A stretch of DNA of 64,000 nt from sequence record SRR20825006_2619. One strand, 5' to 3'. The position numbers and the translations under genes are program-made. A model generated the notes under the pieces. That model was not told the origin of the DNA, made no database searches, and saw only the letters and a list, made by a program, of their open reading frames with translations. Of the stretch, positions 16,013 to 25,565 are shown one piece after another. Positions within the stretch are counted from its first letter, which is position 1; every line of letters starts with the position of its first letter.

Positions 16013-17437
16013 ATGAACGACCGCGAAACCGAAATCAATGAAGAGCCCGTCGACGATGGGGCTGCTGCCTCGGATGCCGAGGCGTCGTCTGATACTGCGG
16101 TTCCGTCCAAAGTGTTGCAGGATTTCAGCCAAGGGTTTCGGCAAGCCAACCGGAAGGTCAAAACATTCCCGCAATCGCCGGGCGTGTACCTGATGAAAGA
16201 TTCCGCCGGCGTGGTCATTTACGTCGGCAAGGCAAAGAACCTTCGTTCTCGTGCGAGCAGTTATTTCTTGAAGGCGGCCAGCGAGGACGCTCGCACGGCC
16301 GATTGGATTGGTGACATCGCCGACATCGATTTTGTCGAAACCGAAAGCGAAGTCGACGCGTTGCTGATGGAGTCCCGGTTGATCAAGGACATTCAGCCGC
16401 GGAACAACAAAGAGCTGAAGGACGACAAGTCGTTTCCCTATTTGATGATCACCACGCGAGAGGAATTCCCGCGGGTGGAAGTGACGCGAGAACCACCGTC
16501 TAAAGGTGTGAAGCTATACGGTCCGTTTACCAGTGCCGGTGCTCTTCGCGGAGCGATCCAGGTGATGCAGCGGATCTTCAAGTTTCGAACATGCTCGCTC
16601 GACATCAGTGAGTCCGATGAACGGTGGCAGTGGTTTCGGCCGTGTTTGTTGGCGAGCATCAACCAGTGCACCGCGCCGTGCAACTTTCGAATCAGTAAAG
16701 AAGATTACCGCCGCGACATCAAGCGTTTGCAAACGTTTCTTGACGGTGGAAAGACGAAGTTGCTGCGGGAGATGCGAGGCGAAATGAAGGCCGCCAGCAA
16801 GGCTTTGGATTTCGAGCGAGCCGCGGTTCTTCGCGACGAAATCAATATGATCGAGCGACTGGAAGAACGAGGCGAACTGGATACCCATGCTCAGCCCGAG
16901 GTCTTTTATATCGATCCGCAAAAAGGACTCGCGGGACTCAAGAAAGTGTTGGGATTGTCGGAAACGCCTCGCGTGATCGAGGGCGTCGACATCGCTCACT
17001 TGGGAGGGAACGAAACGGTTGCCAGTCTCGTCCAATTCATCGACGGGTTGCCGTTCAAGCCTGGATACCGACGATTTCGCATTCAGGAAGTCAAAGGCAT
17101 CGACGACTTCCGCAGCATCTACGAAGTTGTGTCGCGGCGTTTTCGCGGCTTGTCAGATCGACAGGAATCTTTTCCGGACGTGTTGTTGATCGATGGTGGC
17201 AAAGGTCAATTGAACGCGGCAATGGCGGCGTTTCGGGATCAGGACATCCAGCCGCCAACCGTGATTAGCCTCGCGAAACGCGATGAAGAGATTTTTCGAC
17301 CGGGAATTTCAGAACCGTTGAAATTGAGCAAAAACGCGTTTGCACTGCGTTTGCTGCAGTATGTTCGTGACGAATCGCACCGGTTTGCACAACACTATCA
17401 CCACATTTTGCGTAGTAAATCCAGTCTCGAGCGGTGA
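16013..17437 (+). CDS. uvrC: Excinuclease ABC subunit C (short form)
   Basis: GIY-YIG (PGVYLM...YVGKAKNLR), four-Cys cluster, UVR domain (ALDFERAAVLRD) and RNase H-like domain (DIAH, LIDGGKGQL, RDESHRFA). Confidence 0.95.
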   Translation: MNDRETEINEEPVDDGAAASDAEASSDTAVPSKVLQDFSQGFRQANRKVKTFPQSPGVYLMKDSAGVVIYVGKAKNLRSRASSYFLKAASEDARTADWIGDIADIDFVETESEVDALLMESRLIKDIQPRNNKELKDDKSFPYLMITTREEFPRVEVTREPPSKGVKLYGPFTSAGALRGAIQVMQRIFKFRTCSLDISESDERWQWFRPCLLASINQCTAPCNFRISKEDYRRDIKRLQTFLDGGKTKLLREMRGEMKAASKALDFERAAVLRDEINMIERLEERGELDTHAQPEVFYIDPQKGLAGLKKVLGLSETPRVIEGVDIAHLGGNETVASLVQFIDGLPFKPGYRRFRIQEVKGIDDFRSIYEVVSRRFRGLSDRQESFPDVLLIDGGKGQLNAAMAAFRDQDIQPPTVISLAKRDEEIFRPGISEPLKLSKNAFALRLLQYVRDESHRFAQHYHHILRSKSSLER

Positions 17438-17527
17438 ACCTTTCGGTGTGCGAAGGGTCCGTATTGAGAGTAAAATGGAGTCGTTGACTCCACATCCAAC
17501 CTTTAAAACCAAGGCACCCTCCACCTC

Positions 17528-18907
17528 GTGTCAGATAAACACATCACCCTGCACGACGACGCTCCCGAGCGTAGTATTTTGGCTCGTTTGATCTTGCCCG
17601 ACACCGTGGTCGAAGAAGATCCGTTGGAAGAATTGCATGGGTTGGCGACCACGTCAGGAACCGAAGTGGTCGATGAGTTGATTCAGCGTCGCTCCACGCC
17701 CGATCACTCAACTTATTTGGGCAAAGGCAAAGTCGAAGAACTGCGTCTGATGGTGGAACGCCATGAAGCCGATGTGGTGATCTTTGACAACGATTTGAGT
17801 CCGGCGCAGATTCGCAACTTGGAAAAGAAGACCAACGCGAAAGTGATCGACCGAACCGAGTTGATCTTGGATATCTTTGCGGCGGGGGCAAGAACACACG
17901 AATCGCGTTTGGCAGTTGAGTTGGCTCAACTGGAATACTCACTGCCTCGCCTCAAACGCATGTGGACTCACTTGTCGCGGCAGTCGATGGGCGTGGGCAT
18001 GCGTGGTCCGGGTGAAAAGCAATTGGAAGTTGACCGCCGGTTAGCTCAAAAACGCATTCACGATTTGAAGACTGAGCTGAAGAGCGTTGAGCTGCGACGC
18101 GAACGACAAGTCGCGGCTCGATCGGATTCGCCGACGGTGTCTTTGGTTGGCTACACCAACGCCGGCAAGAGCACGTTGATGAACGCTCTGACCGATGCCG
18201 GTGTGATGGCACAGGACAAATTGTTTGCAACGCTTGACACTCGAACACGACGTTGGCATTTGCCCGAATGGGGGCATGTGCTGCTGAGCGACACGGTCGG
18301 TTTCATTCGGGATCTTCCTCACTCGTTGGTCGCAAGTTTCAAGTCGACGCTTGAAGAAACTCGCCAAGCCGAGTTGTTGTTGCACGTTGCTGATGCGAGT
18401 AGTCCGCAGGTTTTTGAGCAAATCAGCGCGGTGTATCAAGTGCTCGAAGAGTTGGGCATCGAAGCAAAAGACACTTTGTTGGTACTCAACAAGATTGATG
18501 CGATCACCAGCCCACGAGTTTTGAATCGCGTCTTGGATCGTTATCCCAACGCCATCCCCGTTAGTGCACGCTCGCGTTCAGGTTTGAAGCCTTTGGCTCA
18601 AGCGGTCGGCGAAGCCTTGTCTCGCGAGTTTTTGGATGTCGAGATCGGTGTGGCTCATCATGATGGCAAGTTGCTTTCGTTCCTTTCAGCAACCGGCAAA
18701 ATCGAGTCGCGTGAGTTTGGAAACGACCATGTCATTGTGCGAGTTCGCATGCCAGCATCGGCAATGGGAACTGTGAATCGCAGCGCGTTGAGCGTCACGC
18801 CGACGACGCTCGAAATGTGGAAACAAACCGCTTCGGAAGAAGAGCTCGAAGACTCAAACGAGGATTCATCAGAAGAATCCGTTGAACGTTCAAGCGACGT
18901 GGCTTAA
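17528..18907 (+). CDS. hflX: Ribosome-splitting GTPase HflX
   Basis: DRTELILDIF, GPGEKQLEVDRR, GYTNAGKS, LFATLD, DTVGF, NKID. Confidence 0.97.
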   Translation: MSDKHITLHDDAPERSILARLILPDTVVEEDPLEELHGLATTSGTEVVDELIQRRSTPDHSTYLGKGKVEELRLMVERHEADVVIFDNDLSPAQIRNLEKKTNAKVIDRTELILDIFAAGARTHESRLAVELAQLEYSLPRLKRMWTHLSRQSMGVGMRGPGEKQLEVDRRLAQKRIHDLKTELKSVELRRERQVAARSDSPTVSLVGYTNAGKSTLMNALTDAGVMAQDKLFATLDTRTRRWHLPEWGHVLLSDTVGFIRDLPHSLVASFKSTLEETRQAELLLHVADASSPQVFEQISAVYQVLEELGIEAKDTLLVLNKIDAITSPRVLNRVLDRYPNAIPVSARSRSGLKPLAQAVGEALSREFLDVEIGVAHHDGKLLSFLSATGKIESREFGNDHVIVRVRMPASAMGTVNRSALSVTPTTLEMWKQTASEEELEDSNEDSSEESVERSSDVA

Positions 18908-18909
18908 GC

Positions 18910-19725
18910 ATGCCGCTGCCGTTTCAGCAGGTTTGGGATCCTCAGGACTCCGTGACAATCGTCACCGGCGCAAGCAGCGGCATTGGGTTCGAGTTGACTC
19001 GAATGCTTGTCGACCAAGGTGCTCACGTAGTCGCGGTGGCTCGCCGTCGCGAGCGATTGAAGGAGCTTGCCAATTCGACGTCGCGGCCCGAGCGTGTGCA
19101 CTGCATCGCCGGTGATGTGACGGAGGCTTCGACTCGCGCGGCCGCATTGAACGTTTCGGACTCTCTCGGCGATGGCCGATTGGATCTGCTAGTCAACAAC
19201 GCCGGCGTGGGAGCGATCGGACCTTTCGCGGATGCTTCACCTGAACGCATGAGGCGGGTGATGGAGGTGAATTTCTTCGCTCCTGTTGATTGGACGCGTG
19301 ATGCACTGCCACGCCTGCGATCGGTTGCGCAGAATGGTGGACGGCCGGTGATCTGTAACATCGGCAGTGTCTTGGGCCACCGAGCGGTTCCGGACAAGAG
19401 CGAGTATTGCGCCAGCAAGTTTGCACTGCATGGCTGGAACGATTCGTTGCGAGCCGAATTGGTGGGCGACGGAATTGGAGTGACCTTGGTCAGTCCCAGC
19501 ACCACTCGCAGTGAGTTCTTTGATTCATTGGTTGAGACTGAACCAGATCAAAAATCAAACAGCATTGGTAGTTGGCCGCCGAGGCGAGTTGCTCAAGCGA
19601 CCTTGTTGGCGATTAAACGCAGTCGCAGCGAAGTGATTTTGAGTCTCGGTGGGAAAGCGTTGGTTTACGCCGATCGTGTATCGCCACCGGTAATGAACGG
19701 CATCTTGGCTAAACGAGGTCGCTAA
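18910..19725 (+). CDS. Short-chain dehydrogenase/reductase (SDR)
   Basis: TGASSGIG, NNAG and catalytic YCASK. Confidence 0.93.
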   Translation: MPLPFQQVWDPQDSVTIVTGASSGIGFELTRMLVDQGAHVVAVARRRERLKELANSTSRPERVHCIAGDVTEASTRAAALNVSDSLGDGRLDLLVNNAGVGAIGPFADASPERMRRVMEVNFFAPVDWTRDALPRLRSVAQNGGRPVICNIGSVLGHRAVPDKSEYCASKFALHGWNDSLRAELVGDGIGVTLVSPSTTRSEFFDSLVETEPDQKSNSIGSWPPRRVAQATLLAIKRSRSEVILSLGGKALVYADRVSPPVMNGILAKRGR

Positions 19726-19757
19726 TTTCAACTGGCCATCCTCGCGAGGGAATTGGA

Positions 19758-20429
19758 TCAGTCGCGATAGTTGGGGTAGTAGCCATCATAGTAAGGGGCG
19801 ACGGGATACGGAGTGCCCTGCCCCGATGGGTACGGTGCGAACTGGTTGGTGCCGGCGGCAGGATTTGGATTGCGATCGCGTCCATGCCCACGGTGATGTC
19901 CGTGGCCGGGATTGGTGCCGGGATTGTTTGCGTTGCCAGGACCGTTGGGGCCGCCGGGATGTTGTCCACCCGGTTGCTGACCATGGTAACCGGGGCCGTA
20001 TCCAAATGGATTGGGCTGAGGTCCGTACTGCGTGGGTGCCGCCCATCCATAGCCACCACCCAGTCCGATGTTCAGGCCACCATAGGGTTGGCCCCAATTG
20101 GGATAAGGAGTGCTGTAAGGGCGGTAGGGAAAACGCCATTCGCCATAAGGTCGTACCGGATCGCCCCACTCTTCCACTCGGTGATAGTTGTCGGCTGACT
20201 GGCCGTACGCGATGGTGCTGCGAAAGTGAGTGTAGCCACTCGTGCGAAGCGGTTGTGTGATCGCGGTCGTCGGGGCGTCAATCGGTGCGAACTGAGTGAC
20301 GCGTTGTCCGGATGCGACGTCGTGAGTGTAGGTGCTCGGCATCGTCAACCAATCTGCAAACGCAGATGGCGATTCGCATGTGAGTGTGATCGCGGTGAGA
20401 CACAGAACGGCTGGGACGAGCGATTTCAT
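19758..20429 (-). CDS. Secreted hypothetical protein with Pro/Gly/Tyr-rich tail
   Basis: Signal peptide MKSLVPAVLCLTAITL...AFA-D, a compact N-domain, then low-complexity PYG/PGG sequence. Confidence 0.75.
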   Translation of the reverse strand: MKSLVPAVLCLTAITLTCESPSAFADWLTMPSTYTHDVASGQRVTQFAPIDAPTTAITQPLRTSGYTHFRSTIAYGQSADNYHRVEEWGDPVRPYGEWRFPYRPYSTPYPNWGQPYGGLNIGLGGGYGWAAPTQYGPQPNPFGYGPGYHGQQPGGQHPGGPNGPGNANNPGTNPGHGHHRGHGRDRNPNPAAGTNQFAPYPSGQGTPYPVAPYYDGYYPNYRD

Positions 20430-20556
20430 AAACGCCAACGTAGTTCGCGTTTGTCACTCAGGCGGGCAATTCAAAACAAAATCACCGTTCGAATGTCCTG
20501 CCAAGGTTCCTTAATCGGTTCAATCGTTACAACCCGCAGCGATTGCCAACTGCGAG

Positions 20557-21534
20557 CTATGGTTGAAGATTGAATCGAGGATGCCGACTGCGGATGAGTT
20601 CGCTTTCATAGGCACGCCGGACCGTCAACTTCTTCGCCGGTGAATCGTTTGGGAACGCGTGCAATTCCAACGTCACTGGATTGGTTGCGTCATCGCCCAG
20701 GATACTTGCTAGTCCAGCGTTGTGACTGCCTCGCAAATGATCACCGATACGGTCACGCAATCGGATCGCCTCACCGATGTAGAGATAACCGGTTGAATCG
20801 CGGAAGAGATAGACGCCCGGCGTATTGGGCAGTGAATCTAGATCCAGCTGTTTCATTGGATGTGTGGTGACAGTTCGATCCCAATCGGCAACTCGGAGGA
20901 CGAGCTCGGGCCGAAGGCGTCTGGATTTGCGAAGCCGCAGGACGGCACGGCGAACGGTTTCTGGGGAGATGCCTTTTGACAAACGCTCGGCTTCTTCCTG
21001 CAATTCGTTTCTCATTCGTGGATCGCACAGAACGTCGTCAATCATCGCGTCGTGACGATCCAAAACGGTGCGAATCGCGATTTCGGCGGTTGGAATGGCG
21101 GTGTTGATCGACTCGGAGGCCTCCGACGAACGCTGTGTGGTGGGGACATTCAGGTCACCTCGTTTGCGAAGTTGCAGCAATGCTCGCAAGGCGGCACGCT
21201 GTCGATCGAACTGGGATTCTTGGTTTGGATCGATGCCTAATTCTTGGAGAAACGCGTCACGGAGCTCATCCTGCAGGATCAGTTCGTCGCTGCTGAATCC
21301 TTGGTGAGATTTACGATGAGCTTCGCGAATTTTGTCTGCGGTGAAGTCGGTCGAATTGACGACAGGCGAAGATGGAACGCTGTTTTCGCCCGATTCTTGA
21401 GCGACCAAATCTTGGTTGAGGCTGGGTGCCGACATCGCCAGGAAGCACGCGGCGATGGACAAGAGCCGAGTGCATCGGGCCGGAAGGCGATGGATGACGG
21501 GGCGGTCGAGTGAGGCTTGAAAGAAGGCTGGCAT
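20557..21534 (-). CDS. GIY-YIG nuclease-domain protein with signal-peptide-like N-terminus
   Basis: C-terminal LPNTPGVYLF...LYIGEA..LRDR...YESELI...PRFN. N-terminal RCTRLLSIAACFLAMSA. Confidence 0.8.
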   Translation of the reverse strand: MPAFFQASLDRPVIHRLPARCTRLLSIAACFLAMSAPSLNQDLVAQESGENSVPSSPVVNSTDFTADKIREAHRKSHQGFSSDELILQDELRDAFLQELGIDPNQESQFDRQRAALRALLQLRKRGDLNVPTTQRSSEASESINTAIPTAEIAIRTVLDRHDAMIDDVLCDPRMRNELQEEAERLSKGISPETVRRAVLRLRKSRRLRPELVLRVADWDRTVTTHPMKQLDLDSLPNTPGVYLFRDSTGYLYIGEAIRLRDRIGDHLRGSHNAGLASILGDDATNPVTLELHAFPNDSPAKKLTVRRAYESELIRSRHPRFNLQP

Positions 21535-21800
21535 GTCAAAAAATTCCAGTCGGGCAAGTTGGTCACGTTGCGTTGATTCTACCAATGATTCCTTGTGCAA
21601 CGTGATGCCGTCGCAACAGACGTTGATTCAGGCGGTTTGATTGCCATCATCGGGGTGAGCCGGACGATAGGAACGAAGAAATCAAACACCGGTTTGCGGC
21701 ATGAGGCCGCTGCCCCACTTTTTGCTTCTGAGTCACGACCGCGGATCTGCGGCCTTTCCTGACTTAGATAGAAGTCAATCGGAAACGGAGTTCGCCACCC

Positions 21801-23858
21801 ATGACAAGAATCAATACCAACGTTTCGTCACTCGTTGCACAAAACCGCTTGCAGGCAAGCAACGAAGACTTGCAAACGGCATTGACTCGATTGAGCACGG
21901 GTTTGCGAATCAACAGCGGGGCGGATGACCCGGCCGGTTTGATTGCGAGTGAGGCGTTGCGAAGCGAAGTGACCAGCCTTGGTCGAGCGATTAGCAACAC
22001 GCGGCGTGCAAGCCAAATCATCAGCACCGCCGACAGTGCTCTTGGTCAAGTCAGCAACTTGCTCAACGACGTTCGTGGTTTGGTCGTCGAAGCGGCCAAC
22101 AATGGGGCTCTGTCCAAAGAAGAGATCGCTGCAAACCAGTTGCAGATCGACTCGTCACTCGAAGCCATCAACCGAATCGCACAAACGACGACTTTCCAAG
22201 GTCGGAAGCTTCTGGATGGTTCACTGGACTTCGTGTCCACCGCCGGGACCGTCGATTCGATTCGCGACGTCAACATCGATCAAGCGAACTTGGGCATCAC
22301 TGGTCAGATTGATGTCGAAGTCGTCGTCCAGTCCGAAGCAACTCAAGCAACCGTTACGACGGGTGGGTTCAGCCCGGCAGCACCAGCATCCGTCAGTTTC
22401 GGTAGTTCGACGACGGCGGACATCAATGGCGAATCGATTGACATCGTCGGGCCCGAAGGTTTCACCAGCGTTGCTTTCGTGGATGATCCTAATAATTCGA
22501 ACACGGGTGCAGTGTCGTACGACGACACAACTGGCGTGCTAACCGTCACGGGGAACTTCACTGGTGATTCAGCGAACCCTGGTGAAGCGGACGCGGATGC
22601 AAGTGCGGTTGCCATCCAGAACCTGATCAGCGCGGAAGATGGATTTTCGGCTTCCGGAACAGCGGTCGCTGGTACTCCAGCGGCATTGCCCACCGATGTC
22701 ACCGCCGATGTTGCGTTTCAGATTGATGCCATCGCAGAAGGCTCGGAATTCAACAATGTTCAGATCGAGTTTGTCGATCTGAATGATGCGACGGCCGATG
22801 ATGCGGCGACCGCTTCGTTCGACGAAGAGCAGAAAATTCTGACGGTTACCTTCAACTCGCAAGCCGCGACGCCAACCAATCGCGATTACGCTGCGATCGC
22901 GACGGCCATCGATGCCGTGCAGGACGAAGAAGGCACCAACCTATTTACGAGCACCAACAATTCCGGTTCGAACGCGTTTGTCGCTCCTGAATCACCACTG
23001 ACAACCGCCAACACCGGTGGAGAAGTGTTGTTGGATGACTTGGTGTTTCAGCTGAACGGTGCGTCCGGTGCCGAGACGTTCAACTTTGCTGGCGGAACAG
23101 GACAAGACCAAATCGCGGCAGCGATCAACTTGGTGAGCGATAGCACGGGAATCTCCGCGAGCACCGCAACAGGTCAATTGCAGTTCACGTCCACCGCCTA
23201 CGGTTCCGAAGCATTGATCAACATTGATGTGATCAATGAAGGGACTTCAGGGACCTTCGAATCGTCGCTGGCCGAAACACGGGCGACCGGACAAGACATT
23301 GTGGCGACGGTCAATGGTGTGGAAGCCAACGGTCGTGCTAATACGTTGTCGATCAACACATCATCGCTGGATTTGGAAGTCACCGTCGACGATGGAAGTT
23401 CCGCGAACTTCTCGTTCTCGATCACCGGTGGCGGTGCGTTGTTCCAATTGGGGCCAGACGTCACCAGTAACCAGCAAGCTCGTTTGGGCATCGGGAGTCT
23501 GAGCACCGGCCAACTCGGTGGTGCCAACGGTCGGTTGTATGAACTGGGCAGTGGCCAAGCAAAAAGCTTGACGAACGATGTCAACGGTGCGGCATCGGTG
23601 ATCGACGAAGTGATTGACAAAGTCACCAGCCTTCGCGGTCGACTCGGTGCATTCCAGGCAACGAGCTTGGAAAGCAACTTGGTCAGTTTGAACGAAACGC
23701 TCGCTAACCTGGAAGAAGCAGAAAGCTCGATCCGTGATGCTGACTTTGCACAAGAGTCAGCCAATCTGACGCGGGCTCAAATCTTGGTTCAATCGGGAAC
23801 GAACGTTCTATCGCTTGCAAACCAAAACCCGCAGAACGTGTTGTCGTTGCTCGGGTAG
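21801..23858 (+). CDS. fliC: Flagellin
   Basis: MTRINTNVSSL...RLSTGLRINSGADDPAGL at the N-terminus and LRGRLGAFQ...SSIRDADFA...NVLSLLG at the C-terminus, with a large variable middle. Confidence 0.95.
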   Translation: MTRINTNVSSLVAQNRLQASNEDLQTALTRLSTGLRINSGADDPAGLIASEALRSEVTSLGRAISNTRRASQIISTADSALGQVSNLLNDVRGLVVEAANNGALSKEEIAANQLQIDSSLEAINRIAQTTTFQGRKLLDGSLDFVSTAGTVDSIRDVNIDQANLGITGQIDVEVVVQSEATQATVTTGGFSPAAPASVSFGSSTTADINGESIDIVGPEGFTSVAFVDDPNNSNTGAVSYDDTTGVLTVTGNFTGDSANPGEADADASAVAIQNLISAEDGFSASGTAVAGTPAALPTDVTADVAFQIDAIAEGSEFNNVQIEFVDLNDATADDAATASFDEEQKILTVTFNSQAATPTNRDYAAIATAIDAVQDEEGTNLFTSTNNSGSNAFVAPESPLTTANTGGEVLLDDLVFQLNGASGAETFNFAGGTGQDQIAAAINLVSDSTGISASTATGQLQFTSTAYGSEALINIDVINEGTSGTFESSLAETRATGQDIVATVNGVEANGRANTLSINTSSLDLEVTVDDGSSANFSFSITGGGALFQLGPDVTSNQQARLGIGSLSTGQLGGANGRLYELGSGQAKSLTNDVNGAASVIDEVIDKVTSLRGRLGAFQATSLESNLVSLNETLANLEEAESSIRDADFAQESANLTRAQILVQSGTNVLSLANQNPQNVLSLLG

Positions 23859-23893
23859 TCTGACTTCTTGGCCCAGGCAACCTTTTAAGAACG

Positions 23894-23937
23894 AACGCCA
23901 CCGATTCCAGCTCATGGGATCGGTGGCGTTGTTCGTT
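23894..23937 (+). terminator. Terminator-like hairpin after flagellin
   Basis: AACGCCACCGATTCC-N7-GGGATCGGTGGCGTT (15-bp stem with one G-U pair), followed by GTTCGTT. Confidence 0.7.
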
Positions 23938-24131
23938 GATTGATAGCATGCGATCTCGAATGGTCCTTGTTGATTCCAGCGTGCCGCGATCTTGATCTGC
24001 AATGAGGTGCTAGTGCATCGCTGCGTACGAGCAGTCTTGATCCACTCAACGCAAACAGACGTTGTTGTTGAGGGGCTGAGCAATCGCCTCGTCAAGACAG
24101 GGCTCTTGCTTCATAAAGAGAGAACACTCGC

Positions 24132-24557
24132 TCAGATGTAAAACATCGGAGCGGCAACGTCTTGGCATTCGCGGACGACATCGCCAAGACGAACGCGAGC
24201 GAGACGTTTTCGAGATTCTTCCGACGCTTCGTTCCATCGCCGCTGAAGAGCGTGTTGGGCATCGGACATCGGTTGGTCACCACGATCAGTGGATTCCGTG
24301 CAACCAATTGCTTCGGCGATGTCCAGCAAGGTGATCGAATCCGGGTCGACGGCCAAAACGTAACCACCCTGGGAACCTCGCACCGCACGGACCCAACCGG
24401 TCGACTTCAATGTGCGAAGGATCTGCACCAAATAGGGTCCAGGGATGTCATGGCGCGAAGTGATCTCGGACGTGCGGACCGGTTGCCCATCGTTGCTGTG
24501 CATCGCCAAATCCATCATCGCCAAACAGGCGTAATGAACGGCAGCATTGATCACCAT
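24132..24557 (-). CDS. Rrf2-family transcriptional regulator, CymR-like
   Basis: YLVQILRTLK..GWVRAVRGSQGGYVL wHTH signature. No IscR three-Cys motif. C-terminus PMFYI. Confidence 0.9.
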   Translation of the reverse strand: MVINAAVHYACLAMMDLAMHSNDGQPVRTSEITSRHDIPGPYLVQILRTLKSTGWVRAVRGSQGGYVLAVDPDSITLLDIAEAIGCTESTDRGDQPMSDAQHALQRRWNEASEESRKRLARVRLGDVVRECQDVAAPMFYI

Positions 24558-24593
24558 CGCAAATTTCTCCGAACTAGGTTCAACCGACCAAGG

Positions 24594-25511
24594 TCATTCC
24601 GAGGTGTGCAATCCGCATTCGGTCTTTTGGAATCCACTCCACCGACCTGCTCGTTCGTCTTCGCCAAGTTGGACAGGACGCGTGCAAGCTTGGCATCCGA
24701 TGCTCGGATAGCCTTGGTCGTGCAATGGGTTGTATGGGATGCTCTCTTTCGAGATCAGCGACCAAACATCTTTTTTGGTCCAGTTTGCCAGCGGACTGAT
24801 CTTTACCAGCTGGAATTTCTTGTCCCAGCCAACGATCGGAGCCTTCGCACGATCTTCGCTCTGGTCGCGACGGATAGCGCTGGCCCATGCATGCCAACCA
24901 CTGGCCGCACGATGTAGCACGCGTAGTTTGCGTTCGAAGCAGCAGCGATTGGGGTCGGTCTTGTAGAGCGGTCCGCCATGGAGCGTTTCGAATTCCTCGA
25001 CCGTCGTCGACGGGTATTTGTATTGGACTTCGATCCCGTAGCGTTCCTTGACCTTCTCGCGAAGATCGAGAGTTTCTTGAAATTGGTAGCCGGTTTCTAA
25101 GTTGAAAATTGGCGTTTCGGGAGCAATTTCGGCGAGCATGTGAATGATCGTCATGCCTTCAGGGCCGAAGGCGGTCGCCATGGTGAATTTTGGGGCAAAT
25201 CGATCCACCGCCCATTTCAACACTTCTTGTGGAGTCGCGGATTCCAATGAATCGCTGTCTCGCTTCAGTTCGGCCAGAAATTCGTTTGTGGGGGCCAGGG
25301 GAGGATCCGCCGCCAAGGCACCACGTTTGATTGGAATCCCCTGCGCGTCGACGTCAGGGCCCGCAGCAGCCGCGTTGTGAGCGATCTCAGCCGGCGTGAG
25401 AACACGCAACGACGGTTTGGATGCTGGCTCAGCCGAGACAGGTGTGGATTCGGATTCAGAGGGGACATAAGTGGGGTTCACCACGGCTGTCTCGTTCAGG
25501 CGAATGGGCAT
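24594..25511 (-). CDS. cysH: (P)APS reductase, [4Fe-4S] APS-reductase type
   Basis: TAFG, ETGYQFQET, RCCFERK, YNPLHDQGYPSIGCQACT, ERAGRW, KTECGLH. Confidence 0.93.
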   Translation of the reverse strand: MPIRLNETAVVNPTYVPSESESTPVSAEPASKPSLRVLTPAEIAHNAAAAGPDVDAQGIPIKRGALAADPPLAPTNEFLAELKRDSDSLESATPQEVLKWAVDRFAPKFTMATAFGPEGMTIIHMLAEIAPETPIFNLETGYQFQETLDLREKVKERYGIEVQYKYPSTTVEEFETLHGGPLYKTDPNRCCFERKLRVLHRAASGWHAWASAIRRDQSEDRAKAPIVGWDKKFQLVKISPLANWTKKDVWSLISKESIPYNPLHDQGYPSIGCQACTRPVQLGEDERAGRWSGFQKTECGLHTSE

Positions 25512-25565
25512 TGCGACTCATCTCCAGACCGCAAAAAACGGTCTGAATGACTTTGGAAGTGTGAA

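Noticed and set aside
21640..21672. Sigma-28 promoter for flagellin
   Set aside because: GACGATAG resembles the -10 box, but no acceptable TAAA/TCAAG -35 lies at the right spacing.
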